DNA of 36,371 nt, from positions 1 through 36,371 of IMG/VR virus record IMGVR_UViG_3300042922_000516, one strand, 5' to 3'. Below, piece by piece: positions 8,929 through 18,952 of this stretch. The notes beneath the pieces are model-generated. The model was not told where the DNA came from. It was given only the letters and a program-made list of their open reading frames with translations, and searched no databases. Each line of letters begins with the position of its first letter. Within the stretch, counting starts at the first letter, position 1. This DNA is from a virus. Its lineage: Duplodnaviria > Caudoviricetes. The translations under genes were made by a program, and so were the position numbers.

Positions 8929-9174
8929 ATGAAGGTTAAAGTGATTAGAAAATTTACTGATAAGTACACCATGAAAAGGATAGCAAAAGATTCTGAAATA
9001 GAAATATCAAAAGAAAGGTTCGGGGAATTAACCACTGGACCTCGTGGTATTTTTGTGGAGGAAATTGTAGAAGGACCCAAAATATACAAATGTACAAAAT
9101 GCGACTTTGAAACAACCAATAAGGGTGAGGTTGGTTCGCACTATAAGACAATGCACCCTAAACCTAAAGAGTAG
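8929..9174 (+). CDS. Small head-region protein with C-terminal C2H2-like zinc finger
   Basis: MKVKVIRKFTDK N-terminus; YKCTKCDF...HYKTMH. Confidence 0.75.
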   Translation: MKVKVIRKFTDKYTMKRIAKDSEIEISKERFGELTTGPRGIFVEEIVEGPKIYKCTKCDFETTNKGEVGSHYKTMHPKPKE

Positions 9175-9182
9175 GTGATTAG

Positions 9183-9488
9183 ATGGCACTGCCAATAGGA
9201 TTGCTTGAGGCAGTCCGTAACTACCTTGATATAACATGGGTTGATGTTGCCGGAGATGAAAAACTCTCTGGCATAATCGCCCGAGGCATTAGTTACATAG
9301 ATGGGATAGCAGGTTCAACAATGGACTACACAATTGAGGGTAAGCCTCGTGAATTGCTGCTTGACTATTGCCGTTATGTACGTTCAAATGCTTTGAATGA
9401 ATTCCAAAAGAATTACCTACATGAATTGTTGTCACTTCAAATAACACAGGAGGTGGCGGCATATGAAGCGGCAAACCCAGTCGTTTAA
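9183..9488 (+). CDS. Head-tail connector (HK97 gp6/SPP1 gp15-like)
   Basis: LLEAVRNYLDITW...D.KL..II...ELLLDYCRY; position. Confidence 0.85.
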   Translation: MALPIGLLEAVRNYLDITWVDVAGDEKLSGIIARGISYIDGIAGSTMDYTIEGKPRELLLDYCRYVRSNALNEFQKNYLHELLSLQITQEVAAYEAANPVV

Positions 9489-9816
9489 TGATGGTGTTGT
9501 TAATATTTATTCAGTAGGTGACATAGCGCAACCTGGTAACATGCCAAAAGAAGGACTGACCTTGAAGGTTGGTCCCTTGCGCTATGAAGAAAGAACTGTA
9601 GGCATGGGAAGATTTTATACAGCACTGCAAGTACAAGCTAGAGTTGACCAAGTTTTACGAGCTCCGCAATTAAGAAGTGTGTCAGCTCAAGATATAGCAA
9701 TACCAATAGACGGAAAACAGTATAAAATAATACAGATTCAATACCCAGAAGATGTAGACCCACCTGTAATGGACCTGTCTCTTGAGAGATTGGAGGCTGA
9801 CTATGACATTAGTTGA
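9463..9816 (+). CDS. Head closure/head-tail adaptor protein
   Basis: Position; SFNDG...IDGKQYKI.QIQ pattern. Confidence 0.75.
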   Translation: MKRQTQSFNDGVVNIYSVGDIAQPGNMPKEGLTLKVGPLRYEERTVGMGRFYTALQVQARVDQVLRAPQLRSVSAQDIAIPIDGKQYKIIQIQYPEDVDPPVMDLSLERLEADYDIS

Positions 9817-10120
9817 ATTAAGAGATCTATTATTAACAATTATGCCTAATGTCTATCACTATACAGCAGACAAACAAAAGGGTAATTACATTGTCTGGGC
9901 AGAGGATACCCAGTCAGGTGCAGGCTATGCAGATAACCACATGACAACACAAGTCTTACAGGGCACAATCGACTATTTTACAAAGACAGAGTTTGATCCT
10001 GTGTCTGACCAAATACAAGAAAAGCTAAATTCTGTAGATATTGCATGGAGTTTAAACTCTATTCAGCATGAAGAGGAAACAGGTTATATTCATTATGAAT
10101 GGGTATGGGAGATGGTCTAA
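9803..10120 (+). CDS. Neck/tail terminator-like protein
   Basis: Position; YIVW.E...IDYFTK.E...EEETGYIHY; GGAGG RBS before ATG 9803. Confidence 0.7.
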   Translation: MTLVELRDLLLTIMPNVYHYTADKQKGNYIVWAEDTQSGAGYADNHMTTQVLQGTIDYFTKTEFDPVSDQIQEKLNSVDIAWSLNSIQHEEETGYIHYEWVWEMV

Positions 10121-10545
10121 TGGCTAAGATGACAGTTAATGCTGGTGCCGATTATGCTCTTAAATTATCAAGGCTCGGTAAAGACTCCGCAGAAATAGCA
10201 AAGAAAGTTGTTATGGCTGGGGCTTCTCCGGTAGCCAATGAAATAAGAAAAAACCTTGAATCAAATCTCGCTGGATCCAAGCATTCAAATGGTGATTTGA
10301 TTGCATCCTTTGGTGTTGCTCCACCTGACATTGACGATAGAGGAAACACCAATACAAAGATAGGCTTTGAAGGATACGACAGCAAAGGTGTACCCAATGT
10401 ACTCAAAGCCAGGGCAATGGAAAGCGGTACAAGTACCCAGAAGAAAAAACCTTTTATACGTCCTGCAGTTAATAAAATGCGTGGTCGTGCAGTTGATGAA
10501 ATGGGAAAGAAACTTGATGAAGAAATGAAAATTTATGGATTATAA
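10120..10545 (+). CDS. HK97 gp10-like tail completion protein
   Basis: ESGTS.QKKKPFIRPA motif. Confidence 0.85.
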   Translation: MAKMTVNAGADYALKLSRLGKDSAEIAKKVVMAGASPVANEIRKNLESNLAGSKHSNGDLIASFGVAPPDIDDRGNTNTKIGFEGYDSKGVPNVLKARAMESGTSTQKKKPFIRPAVNKMRGRAVDEMGKKLDEEMKIYGL

Positions 10546-10556
10546 GGAGGTTCAAA

Positions 10557-11465
10557 ATGGAAAATAAATATGATGAGTTTGTAGGCGTGGATAATATCCA
10601 TGCGGCTATAATTACAGAGGATTCAGAAAGTAATTATATAACAGCAACTCCTGAATACTTTGCTCCTGCTGCCGAAATTGCTGGAGAGCCAGAAACAGAA
10701 AGTACTCCGACGTACTATGATAATCAACCAGCAAATAACTATATAACTGAAGGCGTAACAACGTTGACAATGACAATATCAGGGATACCTGCTGACAAGG
10801 CTGCTAAGTATCTAGGCAAGAATTATGATGTAGCTTCAGGAAGAGTTTTAGACAGTGGAGATCCTAATCCACCGGATGTTGCTTTATCTTTTAGATTTAA
10901 CAAGGGTAAAAACGGTTATAGATATTATCAATATCTAAAAGGTGTATTCAGTGGAGGAAAAGAAGAGGCTACATCAAAGACTAGCAAAGTGGATATAAAG
11001 ACATATCAAATGACCTTTACAGCTGTTGCTACCACAAAACAATGGTCAATTGATGGGATAATGAAGTCATTAAAGAGGATATTTGCAGACACAACTGACC
11101 CAGCTTTTGACCCAACAGGTTGGTTTACTCAGGTACAAACACCTGATACAACAGTAGCACCTGATACTATTGCATTATCAACCATTGTTCCTACTGATGG
11201 AGCAGCTGCAGTAGCTAGAAATTCAACTATTGTATTAACGTTCAATAACAAGGTTGCGGCTGAAGCTATTACATTGCTCAATAGTACATCAGGTGATGTA
11301 GTTGAGGTAACTAAAGCATGGGATGCAGCAGGGAAAGTTCTTACACTTACACCTACAGCCCAGCTTGCAGCTACTACAAGATTTATTGTATCAGTGGCAG
11401 GCGTTAAGGACGTTTATGGTCAAAACCTTGCAGCTACAGGCAAAGATTTTACAACAGTAGCATAA
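10557..11465 (+). CDS. Major tail protein (phi13-like) with C-terminal Ig-like domain
   Basis: GVDNIH...YYDN...VAL.F...YYQYLKG; C-terminal P.DGA..V.RN..I.LTFN...LTLTP...L...T...V..GVKDVYGQ.L Big_5-like repeat. Confidence 0.9.
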   Translation: MENKYDEFVGVDNIHAAIITEDSESNYITATPEYFAPAAEIAGEPETESTPTYYDNQPANNYITEGVTTLTMTISGIPADKAAKYLGKNYDVASGRVLDSGDPNPPDVALSFRFNKGKNGYRYYQYLKGVFSGGKEEATSKTSKVDIKTYQMTFTAVATTKQWSIDGIMKSLKRIFADTTDPAFDPTGWFTQVQTPDTTVAPDTIALSTIVPTDGAAAVARNSTIVLTFNNKVAAEAITLLNSTSGDVVEVTKAWDAAGKVLTLTPTAQLAATTRFIVSVAGVKDVYGQNLAATGKDFTTVA

Positions 11466-11467
11466 TG

Positions 11468-11495
11468 AAAAAGGCGGCAATAATGCCGCCTTTTT
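11468..11495 (+). terminator. Intrinsic (bidirectional) terminator after major tail gene
   Basis: AAAAAGGCGGCA-ATAA-TGCCGCCTTTTT. Confidence 0.85.
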
Positions 11496-11534
11496 ACTAA
11501 TTAAATATAAATCCGTTTTTATAGGAGGACAATT

Positions 11535-11846
11535 ATGAAAGCAGTATTTTTACAATTTACAGATGGTGAAGGCAAGGCAACGAAAACTTTTACAGCATGT
11601 AGCCTTAAGACTGGTATGGTAGATAATATATTTGACATTGCAGAACGTGCTGAAAACTTAGAAAAGGAAAATGTAAGTGTGGCCGAGGTGAAAGAATTTT
11701 ACCGAGATCTGAAAGCTCTAATTATATCGGTATTTAGCTACAAGTTTTCCATTGAAGAGTTAAACGAGAACGTAGAACAAGCAGAGCTGATGAAAGTGTT
11801 TAAAAATATATGCGCTAATATTAGTGGAGAAATGAAAAAAAACTAA
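11535..11846 (+). CDS. Tail assembly chaperone (gpG-like)
   Basis: Between major tail and tape measure genes; ends in slippery AAAAAAAAC. Confidence 0.85.
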   Translation: MKAVFLQFTDGEGKATKTFTACSLKTGMVDNIFDIAERAENLEKENVSVAEVKEFYRDLKALIISVFSYKFSIEELNENVEQAELMKVFKNICANISGEMKKN

Positions 11847-12073
11847 TATCGGGGGAGCTTGAAGATGACTCTCCCGTTAGTTATAAAGTGACAATTTTAA
11901 ATTTAAAGAGGACCATATCTAAGAAATTAGGATGGTCTTTATTTGATATAGATGAGACAGATATTTGTAATTTACTTGCGTTTATTCAGTTCAGTCCTGA
12001 AGATGATCCTAATGTAAAAGTTATAAATGGCAAGGAGTACAGACGAGCAAAGGAAGCTCCATCTTGGCTATAA
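11835..12073 (+). CDS. Tail assembly chaperone gpGT extension via -1 frameshift
   Basis: Slippery A8C at 11835-11843; -1 frame is open from 11843 into ORF 11888-12073; downstream hairpin 11850-11877. Confidence 0.8.
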
Positions 12074-12090
12074 AAGGCAGGTGAAAATAT

Positions 12091-14208
12091 ATGGCATATG
12101 ATATAGGTCCAAAGATAGGTATTGAGGGCGAAAAAGAGTTTAGATCTGCAATAACCAATATTAATACAAATTTACGGACTCTTGACACAGAAATGAAAGC
12201 TGTTACATCTCAATTTGATAAGAATGATAAAAGTGCCCAAGCTCTTACAGCTCAAAATGAAGTATTAAACAAGCAGATAGATGCTCAAAAAAACAAGCTT
12301 TCTGAGTTACAGAAGGGGCTTGCTGCTGCTGCCGATAAGTATGGTGAAAATGACAAGGTTACTCAAGGTTGGCGGCAGTCAGTTAATAAGGCTACTGCTG
12401 ATTTAAACACCATGGAGAGAGAGCTTGGCAATAATACAAAAACTCTGAATGGTACTGGAAGCGCTGCTAAAGATTTAGGTAAAGACCTTGATAATGCAGG
12501 AAATAAAGCGATATCTTTTGGAGATGTCCTGAAGGCAAATATTATAGGAAGCTTTATTGTTGATGGAGTTAAAGCAATAGGCAGCGCTATTAAAGATCTT
12601 GCAAGTGCTGCTTTGGATAGTGCAGATAGTATACAACAGATGGCTGATCAGACAGGTATGAGTGCAGAAGCCATACAAGAATGGCAATATGTTGGAGATG
12701 CACTCGGTACAAGCATAGAAACAATCACAGGCTCACAAAGAAAACTAACAAAGTCTATGTCGGAAGCTAAAGATGGCAGCAAATCATATACAGAAGCATT
12801 CAACAAGCTTGGAATAGCAGTAGTAGATGGAAATGGAAACTTAAGAGATGCAAAAACAGTAATGACTGAAGCACTTTCTGCTCTAGGAGGGGTTGGTAAT
12901 GAAACAGAACGTGATGCACTAGCCATGGAGATTTTCGGGAAAAGTGCCGCGGAACTAAATCCTCTTATAAAAGCAGGAGCAGATGAAATAGAGAACCTTG
13001 CAAAACAAGCACGTGATACTGGGGCAGTAATGACAGGGGACACCGTTTCAAGCCTAGATAATTTCGGTGATACCTTAGGACAATTAAAGCAAAGTGCACA
13101 AGCTATGGCAGGTACAATATTAAGTGAGCTTATGCCATCGATACAACCTTTAATAGATAAAGTAAGACAATTTGACCCAACGGTGATTACAAGTGTATTA
13201 AAATTTATACTTGATAATGCTAGTAATATTGCAGCTGGACTTGGTGGAATTGGTGCAGGTTTTGTAGCTTTCCAAGTAGCGGGTATGATACAAGGTGTAG
13301 TAGGTGCAATAAAAGCTTTCCAGCTAGCAAATGAGGGAGCGACCATAGCACAATGGGCACTGAATGCAGCACAAAGTGCTAACCCCATAGGAATTCTAAT
13401 CGCAATAATCGTGGCACTTGTTGCTGGAATTATTATACTTTGGAATACAAATGAGGATTTTCGAAAAGCTGTAATAGGTGCATGGGATGCAATAAAAGCT
13501 ACTGGGTTAGCAGTGTTTGGTTGGTTGAAGAAATTCTTTACAGAAGATATTCCAAAAGCATTTAACACGGTTATTAATTTCTTTAAAAATAACTGGAAGG
13601 AAATTCTCTTGTTTATTACAAATCCAATAGCTGGTGCCCTTGCTTTTTTATACAAACTCAACCCACAGTTCAGAGATTGGGTTGATGGTGTATGGAGAAC
13701 AATTGTAAACACTATTAAATCTATTGGAGATGTTAATTGGCTAGAGGTTGGAAGCAACATTATAAAAGGCATAGCAAACGGTGTAACAAATGCAGCAAAA
13801 AACCTTGCAAGTAGCGTGGTAGATGCTGCAAAAGGTGCATTGGATAGTGCTAAAAGGTTCTTGGGTATTAAATCCCCATCCACCGTCATGCGTGATCAAG
13901 TCGGTAAAATGATTGGAGCAGGTATGGCAGAGGGTATTTCTGGAAGCACGAGAAAGGTCAATGCAGCAATGCAGGGGTTGAATAGTTCGTTAATTGATGA
14001 TGGATCTACAAATATAAAGAGAATCACTACAAACATAGAAACTACACGAAATAATAACTTAGGATCAAATCAATCACCAGATTCAAGTTCTCAAATTGTT
14101 GTACCAGTATACCTTGATAGCAAAGAAATAGCGAGAGGCACAGCTCAACATAATGATAAATTTCAAGGAGCTAGGTTGGCCTTTGCAGGAAGGAGCGTTG
14201 GACTATAA
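12091..14208 (+). CDS. Tape measure protein
   Basis: MAYDIGPKIGIEGEKEF N-terminus, Ala/Gly-rich helical repeats, NPIG and GIKSPS motifs. Confidence 0.93.
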   Translation: MAYDIGPKIGIEGEKEFRSAITNINTNLRTLDTEMKAVTSQFDKNDKSAQALTAQNEVLNKQIDAQKNKLSELQKGLAAAADKYGENDKVTQGWRQSVNKATADLNTMERELGNNTKTLNGTGSAAKDLGKDLDNAGNKAISFGDVLKANIIGSFIVDGVKAIGSAIKDLASAALDSADSIQQMADQTGMSAEAIQEWQYVGDALGTSIETITGSQRKLTKSMSEAKDGSKSYTEAFNKLGIAVVDGNGNLRDAKTVMTEALSALGGVGNETERDALAMEIFGKSAAELNPLIKAGADEIENLAKQARDTGAVMTGDTVSSLDNFGDTLGQLKQSAQAMAGTILSELMPSIQPLIDKVRQFDPTVITSVLKFILDNASNIAAGLGGIGAGFVAFQVAGMIQGVVGAIKAFQLANEGATIAQWALNAAQSANPIGILIAIIVALVAGIIILWNTNEDFRKAVIGAWDAIKATGLAVFGWLKKFFTEDIPKAFNTVINFFKNNWKEILLFITNPIAGALAFLYKLNPQFRDWVDGVWRTIVNTIKSIGDVNWLEVGSNIIKGIANGVTNAAKNLASSVVDAAKGALDSAKRFLGIKSPSTVMRDQVGKMIGAGMAEGISGSTRKVNAAMQGLNSSLIDDGSTNIKRITTNIETTRNNNLGSNQSPDSSSQIVVPVYLDSKEIARGTAQHNDKFQGARLAFAGRSVGL

Positions 14209-14915
14209 TGCCTATAAAAGTAATATTCAATAATAAAAATTGTTATAACGATATAGGAGTAATGATAGAAAGCATTAATATTCAGCCTCCTTCTAAAAAA
14301 AAGATAAAACAATCAGTTCCTTTTATGAATGGAAGTTATGACTTTTCAACTGTTGGAAGTTTAGGTGAGATAGTATATGAAGGAAGAATAATTAAAGTTA
14401 AATTTATTTTGGCTGAAAAAAATAGAGCCTTGCTTTATATGAAATATACCAAAGTAATGGAATGGTTACTTGGTTCTGGGCAAAGTCAACTAATCTTTAC
14501 TGATATGCCAGACTGCTATTATATGGCTGAGGTTGAAAATGCTCCAAGCTTCGAAGAGGTAGTTAGGAGAGCTGGTAAGTTCGATGTTGAATTTATTGCG
14601 GAACCTTTTAAAACTGGTGTTGATTATGCCGGAAATAACCTCTGGGATCCATTCAATTTTGAAGAGGATTATATGCAGGATACGGAATTTGATGTGATAG
14701 GAAGTTCTTTAGTGACTATGTATAATCCTGGTAGAGCGGTAGTGCCTGTTATTAATGTGGATGCAGTTATGACGGCAACCATAGGAGGCTATACGGCTAA
14801 TTTAAGTATAGGGGATAATATAGACTATGGATTTAAGTTGCAGCCAATAGAAAATACTATCAACATAACAGGAACAGGACACATTAAGATATTATTCAGG
14901 AAGGTGATGCTATAG
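14208..14915 (+). CDS. Distal tail protein (Dit)
   Basis: Position after TMP; VPFMNGSYDF...YY.A...F.AEPF. Confidence 0.85.
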   Translation: MPIKVIFNNKNCYNDIGVMIESINIQPPSKKKIKQSVPFMNGSYDFSTVGSLGEIVYEGRIIKVKFILAEKNRALLYMKYTKVMEWLLGSGQSQLIFTDMPDCYYMAEVENAPSFEEVVRRAGKFDVEFIAEPFKTGVDYAGNNLWDPFNFEEDYMQDTEFDVIGSSLVTMYNPGRAVVPVINVDAVMTATIGGYTANLSIGDNIDYGFKLQPIENTINITGTGHIKILFRKVML

Positions 14916-16534
14916 TGTATAAAGTTTGTATTTATAACAATGAAATTGAAACGATAGTGCATTACCCTTCCTCTGATAAGGATATACCTCATTTAAAAAC
15001 TCTTCCTTTTAAAGAAAGCCTCTCGCAGCCAGAGCAGCTTTCTTTTTTTGTACCTTATAATAATCCTGGTTACAGCCTAATTGAAGGGCTAAAAACTAAG
15101 GTTAAAATATTTGACGTAAGAGATGATTCAGTTGTTTTCTCTGGGAGAGTAATACCTACCAAAGATGGTATGAGTTCAGAGGGGAATTTTAATAAAGAGG
15201 TCATTTGCGAAGGGGCTTTAGCTTATCTAAATGACACACATACAAGACGTTGGAATTTTACTAATCAAACACCAGAAGAAATATTAACCTATATTCTAAG
15301 TCAGCATAATAGCAAAGTAGATGTCTCGAGACAAATTAGTATAGGCATAGTACAACCAACACAGCCTATAACGATTTATACTAATTTTGAAACAACCCTT
15401 AATGCAATAATAACAAAAGTTCATAATGTATTAGGTGGGGACATGAAAGTAAGAGAAACAGATGGCACATTGTATCTTGATTATCTTACTGCTCAGGGAG
15501 CGAATAACGGAGTAGAGATAAGACTTGGATATAATCTTAAAGACATTATAAGAGAATATGACCCAACGGATATAGTTACACGAGTGATACCCTTAGGATA
15601 TGGTGAAGGCATTAATCAACTTGATATTACAAGTACAAATGGTGACGTAGAGTACTTGCAAAGTGCTACTGCTATTGAACAATATGGTGTTATTGAAGGT
15701 GTCCCAACAAACAAAGATATTCAGAATGCTGCAACTTTGAAAATTTGGGGACAAACAGTACTTAATGAGAAAAGGCAGCCTAAATTGTCGTATCAGCAAA
15801 CGGCTCTTGATTTAAGTGTTATTGCTGGTCATGAAAATGAAAAATATGAGTTAGGGGATACGATACGCACTATCATTGACATTTTAAATGTAGATGTTTA
15901 CAGCAGGGTTATTGAAAGAGAAAGGGATTTGCTTAATGAACCATGGAACCCAAAGCTAACTTTTTCAACAAGACCATCATCTTTAACTGACGAAATTGTT
16001 CAATTAAAACAAAGGAATCTTACCTTAGAGAATGCGCCGCAAGGCAACACCTATATAGATACATTTGGATATGCAGAGAATATCGATTTAACTCATCCAT
16101 TTCAACTTCCTGTGTGGATAAGCCCAGATATTATTAATGTTAATCGCGTACGGTTGCATATAGATGGACAGAGGTACAGAGCATATGAAGCTGGTGCAGA
16201 TAACAATGTTCAAATTTCAAATGGTACTGGCACAACAACAGGTACGGATGGTACAGGAGTCCACACGCATCAATATGGGTTGGTAACATATCCACATTCT
16301 CATCCTGCAAAATATGGCATTGTTGAGGATATAGCAAGCATACCTCTGAATTGTGTTATCAAAATAGATGAAGATCAAATAGCAGGTCCGTTTTCGGGAC
16401 TGTTTTCTGAAGATGTAGACATCACTGATTATATTTCAACACCAGGTCAGACTTATCAAATTGAGGTAAGTAGTTCGCAAAATGCACGTGTAAATGTATG
16501 GGTATCAGTCCAAGCGTTTATACAAACGAAATAG
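14915..16534 (+). CDS. Tail-associated hub (Tal/prophage tail endopeptidase-like) protein
   Basis: F.GR...CEG.L.YL.D, I..G.NL, TRVIPLG, LGD motifs; position after Dit. Confidence 0.85.
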   Translation: MYKVCIYNNEIETIVHYPSSDKDIPHLKTLPFKESLSQPEQLSFFVPYNNPGYSLIEGLKTKVKIFDVRDDSVVFSGRVIPTKDGMSSEGNFNKEVICEGALAYLNDTHTRRWNFTNQTPEEILTYILSQHNSKVDVSRQISIGIVQPTQPITIYTNFETTLNAIITKVHNVLGGDMKVRETDGTLYLDYLTAQGANNGVEIRLGYNLKDIIREYDPTDIVTRVIPLGYGEGINQLDITSTNGDVEYLQSATAIEQYGVIEGVPTNKDIQNAATLKIWGQTVLNEKRQPKLSYQQTALDLSVIAGHENEKYELGDTIRTIIDILNVDVYSRVIERERDLLNEPWNPKLTFSTRPSSLTDEIVQLKQRNLTLENAPQGNTYIDTFGYAENIDLTHPFQLPVWISPDIINVNRVRLHIDGQRYRAYEAGADNNVQISNGTGTTTGTDGTGVHTHQYGLVTYPHSHPAKYGIVEDIASIPLNCVIKIDEDQIAGPFSGLFSEDVDITDYISTPGQTYQIEVSSSQNARVNVWVSVQAFIQTK

Positions 16535-16545
16535 GAGGGGATAAA

Positions 16546-18525
16546 GTGGCTAATATAATAGATAAAATTCTTGCAATAAGACAAGCTATTTATGGAAAGG
16601 AAATCCGAAAAACCATTGCTGATGGAATAGAAGCCATTAATACAGAAGTTGAAAGCACAACTGGAAAGCAGAATTTACTTGAAGCAGAATTTAATCAATT
16701 GATTATTAATGCAGGGGCTGAGAATGCAGAAATAGTTCAAGCCCACGTTAACGCTGGTGGCTTTGCATATACAAGTTTACAAGAAAGGTTAAATAATTCT
16801 GATACACAATTAGCATCAATTCCGAACCAAACATACATCACGGAAAAGGCAAAACAGACTGACTTGAACGCCACCAATGCGATTGTAGCGCAAAAAGCGA
16901 ATGAATTTGACGTAAGATTGAAATCAGTGAAGCTAAGCGCAACATATGACTTTGATGATGAGACCAAAGCCCAAATGACCGGGGTTACGCCCATTACTTA
17001 CAGCCCGATACCACCCACTTCCTCAATAAACGAGAGAATGATCGCACCTAAAACCATTAGTGCTGCAAGAACAGCATTTATTGAAATTGGGAAAAACCTA
17101 TTAGACATGGCAACGAAATCGCCGCTAGGTAATTGGGTGAATTATAGTAGCGGAGCATTTGAAAGTTATCCTACAAACGAATGGATTTCTTTCTATTACC
17201 ATAGTGCACCGATTTTAGTAACACCGGGACAATCGATTGCGAGGCTGTACGGACAGGATGGATACGCTTTCTTCGATGCAAATATGACTTTCATATCAGG
17301 CGGAACGGTTTCAAACTTCACAGTTCCAGCCAGTGCGGTATTTTTGATTGTCAATTTTACAAACGCTCACATGGACGAACAAGTAGAAAATGGTAGTATC
17401 GTGACTGAACGAGAACCTTATGGCTATAAATTAAAATCTTACTTACCTAAGAGTATCCCGACAAGTGCTTTAATGGATGGAGACTTAGTCGTTGAATCGG
17501 ATATCAGAAAACTAAGATACCATTTGAATTTACCAAGTAAGATTTACGGAGTTGTTGGTAAGGAAGTTAATGTGTATTTAGATAACTTAATGATTGATGA
17601 CGCGAGTAAATATAATTTTAATGTTGAATGTGCAGTAGGCATTCAGCAATCGGAGAGGTGGACAGCAGTACCAACAGAAGTAATAGAAACAAATCTTTCA
17701 ATTGATGTTTATAAAGATTGTGGAGATATAACTGAAAAACTTACGGATATCGTTTCCACTTTGCGAGTAGTTGGTGCATCGGCAGGAAGTGGTTTAAACA
17801 AAAAGTATTTACAAATCGGTGATAGTACCACTTGGAACATGATGAACTATGGATATTTGTTAGCTAACTTTACTGATGATGTTATGACTCTGACACAAAT
17901 CGGAACACAAGGCACAGCTCCAAATCTTCATGAAGGATATCTGGGAATGGATACCGAGTTTGTATTCTCTAATCCCGCTTGCCCGTTAGTGTATAATGGA
18001 GCGTTTGATTTCGCGCACTACATGGCAACACAGGGTTATGCTGGTGTTGATATTGTGACATTCGCTATGGGGATAAATGATATGTATGGGATGCAGTCAG
18101 ACGCTCAGGCTAATGCTCAAATAGCCACAAGCATGGCTCAGTACGAGTATATGATAAATAACATTCACTCATACAATCCCGCTATAAAAGTAGGAATCTT
18201 GCTTACGATACCACCCACTAAATCGCAAGATGCCTTTGGCGCTGATGGGCCACAAGCCCAAACGAGGTTCAGGCACAAACGAAACATCATGCTATGGGTA
18301 AAACGGTGCATCGAAGTATTTGGTGCGAGGGAAGCATCAAATATATTTGTTGTGCCTTATGCCACGAATTTGGATACGGAACACAATTTCAGCTATCAGA
18401 GTGCTCAAGTCAATGCGAGAAATCCATTGGTGGTAGACAGACAGGCAAATGCGCTTCATCCCGATTACAGCGGTTGTTGGCAGATGGCAGATAGTGTTTA
18501 TTTTTGGATTAAAAACATTGTGTAG
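16546..18525 (+). CDS. Receptor-binding/tail spike protein: N-terminal baseplate anchor plus C-terminal SGNH/GDSL hydrolase
   Basis: GGAGG RBS with GTG 16546; anchor motif IRQAIYGKEIR...EIVQA...SL.ERL; SGNH blocks IGDST, HEG..G, GIND, NALHP. Confidence 0.85.
   Translation: MANIIDKILAIRQAIYGKEIRKTIADGIEAINTEVESTTGKQNLLEAEFNQLIINAGAENAEIVQAHVNAGGFAYTSLQERLNNSDTQLASIPNQTYITEKAKQTDLNATNAIVAQKANEFDVRLKSVKLSATYDFDDETKAQMTGVTPITYSPIPPTSSINERMIAPKTISAARTAFIEIGKNLLDMATKSPLGNWVNYSSGAFESYPTNEWISFYYHSAPILVTPGQSIARLYGQDGYAFFDANMTFISGGTVSNFTVPASAVFLIVNFTNAHMDEQVENGSIVTEREPYGYKLKSYLPKSIPTSALMDGDLVVESDIRKLRYHLNLPSKIYGVVGKEVNVYLDNLMIDDASKYNFNVECAVGIQQSERWTAVPTEVIETNLSIDVYKDCGDITEKLTDIVSTLRVVGASAGSGLNKKYLQIGDSTTWNMMNYGYLLANFTDDVMTLTQIGTQGTAPNLHEGYLGMDTEFVFSNPACPLVYNGAFDFAHYMATQGYAGVDIVTFAMGINDMYGMQSDAQANAQIATSMAQYEYMINNIHSYNPAIKVGILLTIPPTKSQDAFGADGPQAQTRFRHKRNIMLWVKRCIEVFGAREASNIFVVPYATNLDTEHNFSYQSAQVNARNPLVVDRQANALHPDYSGCWQMADSVYFWIKNIV
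16804..16825 (+). other. Candidate cassette recombination site inside the RBP gene (ACACA-ATTAGCATCAAT-TCCGA, encodes TQLASIP)
   Basis: Lies at the anchor/variable domain junction; same reading-frame register as the site at 18531. Confidence 0.5.
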
Positions 18526-18530
18526 TTACT

Positions 18531-18552
18531 ACACAATAGGACAATAATGTGA
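18531..18552 (+). other. Candidate cassette recombination site ACACA-ATAGGACAATAA-TGTGA
   Basis: 5 bp after the RBP stop codon and in frame with the relic RBP head. Confidence 0.55.
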
Positions 18553-18897
18553 CGAAATTTGCTCTAAAAGCTAATAAGGCACAAGGTCCTTGGATTGTAC
18601 TAGTATTAGTAAATGGCTGGAGTAATGTTGGTGGGAATTTTTAAACAGCAGGATACTTTAAAGACGAGTCTGGTATTGTACATTTAAAAGGTTTAGTTAA
18701 AGATGGTATAACTTCTGTTGACACACAACTTTTTTGTTCTTCCATAAGGTTATAGACCGCCTTTAAGCCAATTTTTTGCAGTTATGAGTAACAACGCTTT
18801 AGGAATATGCTTTATAGCCTTTGATGGTCAAGTTATGATGAGAGCAGGTAGCGATGCAAGCTTTTGTCTGGATGGAATAACTTTTAGAACGGAATAA
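18531..18897 (+). pseudogene. Start-less, degraded alternative tail-fibre/RBP C-terminal head domain
   Basis: TQ*DNNVTKFALKANKAQGPWIVLVLVNGWSNVGGNF*TAGYFKDESGIVHLKGLVKDG...LF / (frameshift) VLP*GYRPP...DGQV...LDGITFRTE*. Confidence 0.8.
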
Positions 18898-18907
18898 GTA
18901 TATAATA

Positions 18908-18935
18908 TTGCAAATAATTACAAATATAGTATGAT
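18908..18935 (+). promoter_or_regulatory. Putative SigA promoter of the SGNH moron
   Basis: TTGCAA-N16-TATGAT followed by GAGGTG RBS. Confidence 0.55.
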
Positions 18936-18952
18936 TTAATAGAGGTGATTAC

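Noticed and set aside
12648-13889. 413-aa antisense ORF in the tape measure gene
   Set aside because: Shadow of Ala/Gly/Ile-rich codon usage, with no recognisable motif or RBS.
3006-18897. Stop-codon reassignment suggested by in-frame TAA/TAG in two relics
   Set aside because: All core genes are intact under the standard code and use TAA, TAG and TGA as stops; one relic also has a frameshift; no suppressor tRNA seen.
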